64,000 bases of DNA. Source: an uncultured Butyrivibrio sp. (GTDB lineage Bacteria; Bacillota; Clostridia; Lachnospirales; Lachnospiraceae). This document shows, piece by piece, positions 1 through 8,742 of this stretch; the stretch's first letter is position 1; each line of letters begins with the position of its first letter. The notes under the pieces were generated by a model, which saw nothing but the letters and a program-made list of their open reading frames with translations, did not search any database and was not told the origin of the DNA. Location: positions 14,409 to 78,408 of the forward strand of contig CAMVPU010000009.1 of the NCBI GenBank assembly GCA_947169445.1, in the 5' to 3' direction. A program made the position numbers and the translations under genes.

Positions 1-114
1 CTTTCTTTTCCTCGACATTATTTTGCTGATAAAGGTAAAAAATGCAATAATCAGACAGATGCTAGCAAGAGCCAACATAAGATCCACCTGATGATTTCTT
101 AATAAATCAAACAT
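1..114 (-). CDS. N-terminal fragment of a membrane protein running off the window edge, possibly a signalling protein
   Basis: ATG at 114 with GAGGA RBS. Open frame MFDLLRNHQVDLMLALASICLIIAFFTFISKIMSRKRK to position 1, containing a hydrophobic helix. Not in the ORF track because it is truncated. Confidence 0.6.
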   Translation of the reverse strand, partial: MFDLLRNHQVDLMLALASICLIIAFFTFISKIMSRKRK

Positions 115-159
115 TTATTATTCCTCGTATTTCAATGAATATGTTCATAAAAAATGTGA

Positions 160-3100
160 TCACAAGCTAATATTTTCCATTTCATCCCAGTTATAAACCT
201 TAAGATACTTTTCTATCATGCTTATTTTCTCTTCATCCTCTTTAGGAAGTCTGTACTGTCTAAGCTGATTTAAAACCATCTCTATTCCATCATATTCCAT
301 CTGAGGGATCAGTTCTTTTAACGCCTCATAAGCATCCAAAAGTTCTGAAGCAGGTACATTTGGCTTATTTAAGTCATTGTCCTCATTCGCTTTAGCCTTA
401 AGTTTTCCCAGCTTATTTCCGTACTCTCTGTAGTCCTCCAAAAGTTTTTGGGCGTTAGCATTGATATACTCCATATCCAGGGCATTTCCAGCATTTTCCA
501 TCTTCTGACAACGCTTAGAAAACTCAGATGCTCCTATAATCCTCGCTGAACTTTTAAGTGCATGAACTTTAACAGTAAAGAGTTTGATATCACCGTCTTT
601 ATAGGCACCTTCGAGTACTTGGGCATTGTCTTCAAGAGTATCCACAAACATATTCAATGTGTTAATATAAGCACCTGCTCCGCCGCACTGCTTCATGCCT
701 TCAGGAACATCGATTCCTTCCACCTCAAACAAAAAGTCAAGATCATCTGTAATATCATCACTTTCCGGTTCCTTGTTCTGGTCGCCTGTTTTCATCATAA
801 TATTTTCCGGAAGATGTTTCATGATAGTCCTCTCCACCTGCACTGTATCAATAGGCTTTGATAGATATCCGTTAAAGCCCTTTGATTTATAGAAATCCTC
901 TCCGGCAGTCTCATTGGCAGTAAGGGCATATACAGGAAGATCAGGATACTTCTTTCTTATCTGCTCCAGTGTCTCAACACCATCCATTCCAGGCATCATA
1001 TGATCAAGCAGCACAACATGGAAATGCCCGTTCTTTAGCTTTTCAAGGCACTCCTCTCCACTCTCTGCGGTAGTGATAAACATTTCTGTAGGTTTTAGAA
1101 GTCCCTTTATAACACTTAAGTTCATCGGGTTATCATCAACAATCAGTATATCCGCTTCAGGTGCAACGAATTTAGGTACATAAGGTCCCTTGGCAGCATC
1201 ATCCACTTCTTCATGAAATACTCCGATTGCCTCATCTTCAATTATCTTTTGGGAAAGAGTAAAGATAAATTCACTTCCTTCACCATATTCACTCTCACAC
1301 CATAGTTTCCCGTTCATCAAAAGAGCAAACTGCCTGGAAATATCAAGTCCAAGACCTGTCCCCTGTATTGCGCTGTTCTTTTCTTCATCAAGTCTTTCAT
1401 AGGCGCTAAAAAGCCTGTCCAGATCTTCCTTCTTAACTCCGATTCCTGTATCTTTTACAGATATTCTAAGTCCGCAGGATAGCTCATTTTTGCTCGTAAC
1501 CCGGGCTTTCAGAGTAAAGCCGCCCTCTTCAGTGTACTTAACCGCATTAGTTAGAAGGTTTAATATTACCTGTTTGATCTTTCCTTCATCACCGTAGAGT
1601 CTTCTTGGGATCGAATCATCGATTTCTACATCAAAATATAGTTTTTTAGCTTCACTTCTAACCCTTATCATTTTTATGACTGACCTGAACATTTCAGTCA
1701 CATCATATTCCTGCTCTACAAGATGCATCTTACCCGACTCAATTTTGGAGATATCAAGAAGATCATTGATAAGTCCTAAAAGAAGCTCGGTCGCTCCCTT
1801 GATGTCATGAGCATACCCCTGAACTGTATGATAATAATTATCAGGAACATTTTTTGCTTCCTCTCTGATAATCATCTCATCCATTCCAAGAATCGTATTG
1901 ATAGGTGTTCTTATTTCATGAGACATATTTGCAAGGAATCTGGATTTAGCCATATTAGCATTTTCTGCTTCCTCTTTTGCCTCCTGTATCTGCTGATACT
2001 GTTTACTGATAATTGTTCCATTAAGAACACGCCACACGATAACACCCGCAGCTACAACCAAAAGAGTTACAAGAATTATCTTAACGGACAAAAGTTCATA
2101 AAAAAGAGGTTCTTTTCTAACCTTAAAAGCCTCATCTGAAATCACTGTTTTATAGTCCGCATCAAGAATCTGGATATGAAAGGTATAATTACCATATGCC
2201 AGTGCCATATATTCCAAAGTGGATAGTTTACTTCGAAGAACGGTAATTCCCTCATCGTTTGCTCCTTCAAGATACACTCTGACTACAGGATTGACCACAG
2301 AATAATCCAAAACTGCCGGAGTAATCTGGATTCGCCCTCTTCCGGCCGGAATCGTATACACCCCGTTTTTATCAGGAAGAATTCTCTCCCCATTAAAGGT
2401 CATGGACGCTATCCTTGCATGTGAAAATGCATGTCCGTTATAATATTTTTCTATATTTACTTTGGATACGCCTGAGCCGCCTGCTATATAGAGATTCCCG
2501 TTTTCATCAAGACAACTATAGCTGTGAGCTACCGGAATACTTGTAACTCCATTTTGCATGGTATAAAGTCTGTATTCTGTAATGTTATCATTAAGCATAG
2601 CTGAGGCTTCTACCGAATATATGCCCTGGGAAGACATAATCCAATAGTTATCCCTGCTGTCTGCAAAGATATCAAATACGTTATTATATGGGAAAGTCGT
2701 AATGTTCTTTACTTCTCCATCCTTCATATACTCAATTGAGTTGGAAGTTATTATCCAGTAAAGTCCATTTTTTTCATCCCTGCGGATCCTCATGATGACA
2801 TCACTGGTAAGTTCGTGATCAAAATATCTTAGCCCTTTATCATCAATAACATAAAGACCATCCCCATCTGACCCTGCATATATTTCCCCATTTTCGCCCT
2901 CGCAGATGGTAAGGATAACTGTATTTTTAAGCCCCTGTTCGCTTCCATAAGTCTTTATAACCTTTCCATCCTTAATGACAGCAACTCCATCGTTGGTTCC
3001 CACTAAAATCGAACCATCCCTGGTCTCATATAAGCACCTTATTTCATTTCCGGGCATTCCTTCATCAGTAGTAAATTGCCTTATCTCTCGATCTTTTCCA

Positions 3101-4395
3101 TAGCATATAAGTCCCTTATTACCAGTAAATGTCGCTACCCAGAGATTATCTTTACCATCCACGATAATGGATCTTATTCTGCTGCTGCCTACGAAAGCTG
3201 TAAGTTTATTCTTAAGAGTCTTTTTATCATCCACAATAACATGAAGTCCATTGTCCGTTCCGACATAAAGATCACCATCATGTAAACAGGCTACGTTAAC
3301 TACGGTATCCGGAATTCCTGCAAGAGAGGAGTAATTCTGGAAGTTGTTCATAACAAGCTTCATTACTCCATATCTTGAGGATGCAACCCACATATTCCCC
3401 TGATAATCTGAAGTCATCATTTCAATGGAATCATACATGGGAAGATTCTTAATAGCATTAAAGCCCCCTTGTTCATCCAAATACCCTATAGCCGACTCCG
3501 ATGCAATCCACACTCTGTTACAGTCATAGCTCATCCAGTGAATATCACCATTTACAGGTATATCTATTTTCTTCATGTTCGCGGCAGTATCGCCAAAGGT
3601 TCCGTAATAAATGCAATGTGATTCCGTACCCAGATAAACTTTTCTTGGAGTTCCGGGATCAGCCAGAATCGTCGTAATTTTATCAATTCCAAGATCACTG
3701 CAATTATAAAAGCTCGTAACTTCATCCGGCGTAATCTGGAAAATCGAACCACTTTTGGTCTGACCAAATACGTTACCAAATACATCTGTAACAAGCTTTA
3801 ATACTCTCTCATTGTTGATTCTCTCATCATCAACAATATGATAATTCATCTCAGAGTCCACATAGCCGACTCCGGCAGTAGTTCCAATATAGATATTTCC
3901 AAAAGCATCTTCGGCAAAGCTTCTTACAGACGCAGATGCAAGCCCCTGTTTTTTTGAATACTGAATTGGTGTTTCGTGGTCCAGAACAACAACCCCGTTA
4001 TCATTGGTAGCAACCCAGACACGCCCCTTTGTGTCTTCATACATGTATCTGCCATTGGTGAGACCCATCGAGGCCGGAAGTCTTTCAAACACCGAGCCAT
4101 CATATCTGATAATTCCGGAATATCCGCCTATCCATACATATCCATCACTGGTTCCCAGAATGCAATTTGCTTCCGAAGTCGGAAGACCATTACTGGCATC
4201 ATAAACAAAAGCCATGTAGCCAACATCACCAAGCTGATTAGTGATGGCATAGCCCCCGCCGCAATTTGTATATTCTATTTTGGAAGCTTTTGAAGTATAC
4301 GTATCCGACGCTGAAACCTTTGCAGTATCTAAAGCAAGGACTGCAGTCAGAAAAAAGAGCGCTGCGCATACCCTGATCCTGTTTTTTTTAATCAT
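160..4395 (-). CDS. Hybrid sensor histidine kinase: signal peptide, two-component beta-propeller repeats, Y_Y_Y-like domain, TM, HisKA, HATPase, REC, HPt
   Basis: Repeated xDxxGxxW(V/I)(G/A)TxxG propeller motifs; FLANMSHEIRTP H-box; NLLTNAVKYT, DTGIG and GTGLGL boxes; IVDDN...LLDHMMP...SKP receiver; VHALKSSARIIG HPt. Confidence 0.92.
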   Translation of the reverse strand: MIKKNRIRVCAALFFLTAVLALDTAKVSASDTYTSKASKIEYTNCGGGYAITNQLGDVGYMAFVYDASNGLPTSEANCILGTSDGYVWIGGYSGIIRYDGSVFERLPASMGLTNGRYMYEDTKGRVWVATNDNGVVVLDHETPIQYSKKQGLASASVRSFAEDAFGNIYIGTTAGVGYVDSEMNYHIVDDERINNERVLKLVTDVFGNVFGQTKSGSIFQITPDEVTSFYNCSDLGIDKITTILADPGTPRKVYLGTESHCIYYGTFGDTAANMKKIDIPVNGDIHWMSYDCNRVWIASESAIGYLDEQGGFNAIKNLPMYDSIEMMTSDYQGNMWVASSRYGVMKLVMNNFQNYSSLAGIPDTVVNVACLHDGDLYVGTDNGLHVIVDDKKTLKNKLTAFVGSSRIRSIIVDGKDNLWVATFTGNKGLICYGKDREIRQFTTDEGMPGNEIRCLYETRDGSILVGTNDGVAVIKDGKVIKTYGSEQGLKNTVILTICEGENGEIYAGSDGDGLYVIDDKGLRYFDHELTSDVIMRIRRDEKNGLYWIITSNSIEYMKDGEVKNITTFPYNNVFDIFADSRDNYWIMSSQGIYSVEASAMLNDNITEYRLYTMQNGVTSIPVAHSYSCLDENGNLYIAGGSGVSKVNIEKYYNGHAFSHARIASMTFNGERILPDKNGVYTIPAGRGRIQITPAVLDYSVVNPVVRVYLEGANDEGITVLRSKLSTLEYMALAYGNYTFHIQILDADYKTVISDEAFKVRKEPLFYELLSVKIILVTLLVVAAGVIVWRVLNGTIISKQYQQIQEAKEEAENANMAKSRFLANMSHEIRTPINTILGMDEMIIREEAKNVPDNYYHTVQGYAHDIKGATELLLGLINDLLDISKIESGKMHLVEQEYDVTEMFRSVIKMIRVRSEAKKLYFDVEIDDSIPRRLYGDEGKIKQVILNLLTNAVKYTEEGGFTLKARVTSKNELSCGLRISVKDTGIGVKKEDLDRLFSAYERLDEEKNSAIQGTGLGLDISRQFALLMNGKLWCESEYGEGSEFIFTLSQKIIEDEAIGVFHEEVDDAAKGPYVPKFVAPEADILIVDDNPMNLSVIKGLLKPTEMFITTAESGEECLEKLKNGHFHVVLLDHMMPGMDGVETLEQIRKKYPDLPVYALTANETAGEDFYKSKGFNGYLSKPIDTVQVERTIMKHLPENIMMKTGDQNKEPESDDITDDLDFLFEVEGIDVPEGMKQCGGAGAYINTLNMFVDTLEDNAQVLEGAYKDGDIKLFTVKVHALKSSARIIGASEFSKRCQKMENAGNALDMEYINANAQKLLEDYREYGNKLGKLKAKANEDNDLNKPNVPASELLDAYEALKELIPQMEYDGIEMVLNQLRQYRLPKEDEEKISMIEKYLKVYNWDEMENISL

Positions 4396-4456
4396 TAATG
4401 GTCACCTTTTTCATTAATGTTCGTTTCTTATCGATAACAAAATATATTCAGCTTAA

Positions 4457-6604
4457 TCACTCATCCGGGAATTTTCTTAAAACATTTTTTATCTCGGTAA
4501 AAGAATCCACAAAGGCTTCAACGCACTTTGGATCAAACTTCTTTCCGGATTCATCTTTGATTATCTCCATGGCCTCCTGAGGAGACACAGGCTTTTTATA
4601 AATCCTCGGAGCAGTAAGTTCATCAAAGGTATCAGCTATAGCCATGATCCTGGCTGAAAGTGGGATAACCTCCCCATGGTATCCATATGGATATCCTGTG
4701 CCATCCCAGTTTTCATGGTGATAAGCTGCCATATTTCTGGCTTCTTTAAGATATGTCTCACCCTCTACTGTATTGATGGCATTATCAAGAATTTTTTTAC
4801 CCTCTTTGGGATGAGTCATCATGATCTCCCACTCTTCATTATTAAGACGTCCCGGCTTATTTATTATTGACTCCGGTATCTTAATCTTACCAATGTCATA
4901 AAGAGGTGAAGTCATTTCTACATCGCTCATATACTTATCTGTCAGTTTTTCAGAATAATACCCCTTTCTCCTTAATCCATCCATGATTATCCTGACATAG
5001 GCCGTCGTCCTCTGGATATGAGTCTTGGAATTCATACTCTGGTTTTCAACTATGTCGGCCATTATGACAATAAGACCTTTTTGGATTTTTTCATTGGATC
5101 TTGCCAGAATTCTTATGCTTCGCATCTGCTCTGCTACAGTATTAGCCAGCTCGCGCAAAGAATCATATAAAGTCTCGATCTCATCATTTGTCTGAATATC
5201 TATCTTTTCAAGATTCTTAACGCTTTCATCAAGTTTTTCCTGATTATCCAAACCACTAACAAGTTCTTCAATTCCCTTATTCAATGCGCCAATCGGAAAT
5301 ACAAGACCATGATTCGACATCCACAAACCATAGGCCAGTATCATGGCAAAAAATCCGGAGAATGTCAGTGCCATTTTTACAATATAGGTTCGTATGTATT
5401 TGGAATAATTATCTATAGCTATATCAACACCCACATAATAAGATGTGGAATTACCATCCGGATCAGAAATGGGCTCATATGCAGTTATAAAATATCCATA
5501 ACGGCTCTGAACCTCCTGAACATCTATTCTTTCACCTTTAAGAAGACTTGGAACCAAGGCTAAGAAGTCATCATCAAATTCCAGCCTCTCACCCACAAAT
5601 CCTCTTTCCTGGGCTTCTCTATCAGTATCAAATACTATATAACATCCATCTTCGCGAATCTGATAAAGATAAAGATACTCAATATTCGGAAACGTTTTTC
5701 TTAAATTTGCAAGCATGGTATTGCTGTTTCTGTACTCTTCATTGCTATAACTTGATATTCTTGCTCCGTCTGCAAGATATTCATCCAGAGATTCAGTATT
5801 AAAAAGAGTTGCAGCGTAAGCAGATACATTACTCGCTGTCTTTCGTCCATCTTTTTTTGCTTCTTCATAATTGATACGAGCACTCACACCACCCAAAACC
5901 AAGGAAAGAATGATTGCAACAAACATTAAGATAAAGGACATGTTTACTCGAATAGAGGTCGTGCCATCTTTTTTATTTGCTGTAATTTCCTTAACTTCGC
6001 TATTTGAAAGAGGACTCTGCCTCCATCCACTATTCCACAGCTTTTCTCTATCTTTTTCAGGAATGATATGATAAATAAAAATTGAAAGAATGGAAGAAAT
6101 TCCCTTGTCAACCGCATTAAGACCAATCGTCAGCAAAAGAGCACCTGCTATAAACGCGGCATTATTATCCCCGGCCATTATCCCTGCCGTATCAGAGACA
6201 TAGGCAAATTGCGGTTTTCCAAGTATAATCCACTGAAACAAAACGCCTATGCCGCCTGTCAGAATTGCCATGTCAACAATCATAAGGATAAACTTACCGA
6301 CACTTTTCTTTGCTCCATACATGTAGCGATCCGCCCTGATAGCTATAATGACACCCAAAAGAGCAAAATATAATGAATTAGCATCAAAAAAGCTGTAGAT
6401 TACATTAGTAAGAACGGCTACAGTAATTCCAGGCAAATATCCCCATACAAAAGATATTAGGATTGTTCCTACCGCATCAAAATATAACGGAAGATTTAAA
6501 TACCCGGAAAATCTCAGCATAAACACATTTGCTGCTGTACATATTATTATCCAGGGAATAAGCGAAAAAATATATTTGTTTATCTTCGGCAGTCTAAGCT
6601 TCAC
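4457..6604 (-). CDS. Membrane HD-GYP domain protein with ECF S-component-like N-terminus, extracellular sensor and HAMP; HD motif degenerate (YD)
   Basis: PLYDIGKI, HHENWDGTGYP, IADTFD and RIYK motifs. N-terminal PLYFDAVGT...GYLPG helices. GTG start at 6604 follows an AAGGAG RBS (ORF track extends to 6664). Confidence 0.85.
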   Translation of the reverse strand: MKLRLPKINKYIFSLIPWIIICTAANVFMLRFSGYLNLPLYFDAVGTILISFVWGYLPGITVAVLTNVIYSFFDANSLYFALLGVIIAIRADRYMYGAKKSVGKFILMIVDMAILTGGIGVLFQWIILGKPQFAYVSDTAGIMAGDNNAAFIAGALLLTIGLNAVDKGISSILSIFIYHIIPEKDREKLWNSGWRQSPLSNSEVKEITANKKDGTTSIRVNMSFILMFVAIILSLVLGGVSARINYEEAKKDGRKTASNVSAYAATLFNTESLDEYLADGARISSYSNEEYRNSNTMLANLRKTFPNIEYLYLYQIREDGCYIVFDTDREAQERGFVGERLEFDDDFLALVPSLLKGERIDVQEVQSRYGYFITAYEPISDPDGNSTSYYVGVDIAIDNYSKYIRTYIVKMALTFSGFFAMILAYGLWMSNHGLVFPIGALNKGIEELVSGLDNQEKLDESVKNLEKIDIQTNDEIETLYDSLRELANTVAEQMRSIRILARSNEKIQKGLIVIMADIVENQSMNSKTHIQRTTAYVRIIMDGLRRKGYYSEKLTDKYMSDVEMTSPLYDIGKIKIPESIINKPGRLNNEEWEIMMTHPKEGKKILDNAINTVEGETYLKEARNMAAYHHENWDGTGYPYGYHGEVIPLSARIMAIADTFDELTAPRIYKKPVSPQEAMEIIKDESGKKFDPKCVEAFVDSFTEIKNVLRKFPDE

Positions 6605-6778
6605 AGAAAAGATTCTCCTTTTAAGGAACAATAAACAATAGTGCCTGATAATAAGATTATACATTTAATTCAATAAACAATGTGTTAAATTTCTAGATAT
6701 TTTCTAACAATAACAAGCTTGCTCTAGAGATATTTTAGCTGTAAACTATAAAAATCATAGATTTCAAGGGGTTATAAC

Positions 6779-7624
6779 ATGAAAAAAGGGCTTGTAATGG
6801 AGGGCGGTGCCATGCGCGGCATGTTTACATGTGGTGTACTGGACGTTCTTATGGAGAACAATATAGATTTCGATGGAGCTGTCGGTGTTTCTGCCGGTGC
6901 AACTTTTGGCTGCAACATTAAGTCTCATCAGATAGGAAGAGCGCTTCGCTACAATAAAAAGTACTGCCGCGATAAAAGATATCACAGCATCCATTCTCTT
7001 ATTACTACCGGGGACATTTACAACGTTGCCTTCTGCTACGACGAGCTTCCCTATAAGCTTGATAAATGGGATCTTAATGCTTTTAGGGATAATCCTATGG
7101 AATTTTACTGTGTGGCAACTGACATAGTCTCCGGAAAACCTGTATATCATAAATGCTATGATGGTGGAAAAGATGACATAGCCTGGATTCAGGCTTCCGC
7201 TTCAATGCCTCTTGTATCAAAGCCCGTTCATATTGATGGCGGCATCTTTCTTGATGGCGGAATATCTGATTCCATCCCCCTTAAATTCATGGAAGAAAAG
7301 GGCTATGACAAAATTCTGGTAATAGAAACCCAGCCCATAGATTATGTAAAGGGTCCTCAAAAGTACATGTGGCTTGTAAAGCTAATACTAAGGAACTACC
7401 CCAACATGATTGAGACCATGAAAAATCGCTACATCATGTACAATGATGAAAAAAGCTATATAAAAGAAAAAGAAGCTTCCGGTGACGTATTTGTACTACG
7501 ACCGAATGCCCCACTTAACATAAGCGCTGTTGAAAAAGATGAAAATGAACTTGAAAGAGTCTATCAGCATGGCAGGCAAATTGCCACGGAAAATCTCGAA
7601 TCCTTGAAACGCTATTTTCAATAG
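6779..7624 (+). CDS. Patatin-like phospholipase family protein
   Basis: EGGAMRG oxyanion motif, GVSAG nucleophile motif, DGG motif; AAGGGG RBS. Confidence 0.9.
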   Translation: MKKGLVMEGGAMRGMFTCGVLDVLMENNIDFDGAVGVSAGATFGCNIKSHQIGRALRYNKKYCRDKRYHSIHSLITTGDIYNVAFCYDELPYKLDKWDLNAFRDNPMEFYCVATDIVSGKPVYHKCYDGGKDDIAWIQASASMPLVSKPVHIDGGIFLDGGISDSIPLKFMEEKGYDKILVIETQPIDYVKGPQKYMWLVKLILRNYPNMIETMKNRYIMYNDEKSYIKEKEASGDVFVLRPNAPLNISAVEKDENELERVYQHGRQIATENLESLKRYFQ

Positions 7625-7665
7625 CAGGCTTTTTTACCAGTTAATATATCTAAAAGAGGTCAATC

Positions 7666-7890
7666 ATGAATAAGAAAACACTTTTTATAATTAGAATCTG
7701 TCTTTGGGTTATAGCTCTTGCTGCCACCGTATACTGGAACTACTATTCCATCATGCTCCACAGAAACGGCATCTATGACCCTGCTGAATATGCAACGCTG
7801 ATGCGTCCGGTGCTTTACATCTGCCTTGCCATTTCAGTTGTAGCAATTATCATAAGCTTTATCCTGCACCATATAAGCAAGAAAAAGTAA
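7666..7890 (+). CDS. Small two-TM membrane protein, hypothetical
   Basis: AAGAGG RBS, two hydrophobic helices, basic tail, followed directly by a terminator. Confidence 0.7.
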   Translation: MNKKTLFIIRICLWVIALAATVYWNYYSIMLHRNGIYDPAEYATLMRPVLYICLAISVVAIIISFILHHISKKK

Positions 7891-7930
7891 AAAGATGCGT
7901 TGGTACATATCACTGTATCAGCGCATCTTT
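7891..7930. terminator. Intrinsic terminator between convergent genes, probably bidirectional
   Basis: AAAGATGCGTTGGTACA / TGTATCAGCGCATCTTT inverted repeat with A- and T-rich flanks. Confidence 0.75.
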
Positions 7931-8022
7931 TCTCTTAAAATCAGATCTGCACCAAAGGAAAGTGCTTCCTTCACGCCTTCCTGTGCATGAGCAAGCGTAG
8001 TCTAGTCAGTTTATTATTTGTT

Positions 8023-8682
8023 CTATAACCTGCTGCCTATGCCTTCATTTAGAATTTTCTTATATTTCTCATAACTTATAGACTCACCGCCCATACTCTG
8101 AAGATGGTCAGTATGAAACTGACAGTCTATCATAAGATATCCTTCCTCCTGAAGCATTTGCGCAAGGCCAATTAAAGCAAGCTTGGAGCCGTTTTCCATA
8201 TCAGAAAACATACTCTCTCCAAAGAAGCACTTGCCAAGACTAACGCCATACAAGCCACCTGCTAGCTGTCCGTCAATATAGGCATCTACACTCATAGCCA
8301 GATTGTTGCGGGCAAGAACTGCATAGGCACTTTCCATGTCTGTGGTTATCCAGGTCCCTTCCTCAAACTCGCGTTTAAGCCTGCATCTGTGCATTGTATC
8401 TGAAAAATCCCTATTCACAGAAACCCTTATATCATGTTTCCTGATAAATTTCTTCATGGAATGAGAAACGTGAATATTCTCAGGCCTAATGATATATCGC
8501 TCTTTGGGGCACCACCACAAAATAGGGTCCCCCTCATTGTACCAGGGAAAAATACCATGTGAATACGCAAGTATCAGCCTGTCCATGGATAAATCCCCGC
8601 CTATCGCCAGAAGGCCATCATCCCTTGCCAGTTCCGGTAGAGGGAAAGATATTTCGTTGTCATCCAATGAAAATACGGGCAT
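8023..8682 (-). CDS. aat: Leucyl/phenylalanyl-tRNA--protein transferase
   Basis: GLLAIGGDL, AYSHGIFPW, ILWW, GTWI, GGLYGV, FFGESMFS, IDCQ and HLQSMG motifs. Confidence 0.95.
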   Translation of the reverse strand: MPVFSLDDNEISFPLPELARDDGLLAIGGDLSMDRLILAYSHGIFPWYNEGDPILWWCPKERYIIRPENIHVSHSMKKFIRKHDIRVSVNRDFSDTMHRCRLKREFEEGTWITTDMESAYAVLARNNLAMSVDAYIDGQLAGGLYGVSLGKCFFGESMFSDMENGSKLALIGLAQMLQEEGYLMIDCQFHTDHLQSMGGESISYEKYKKILNEGIGSRL

Positions 8683-8742
8683 AGCTTACTTCTTTCATGA
8701 ATCTGAATATTTTTATCTGATACATCTTGTTGATATATTGGA

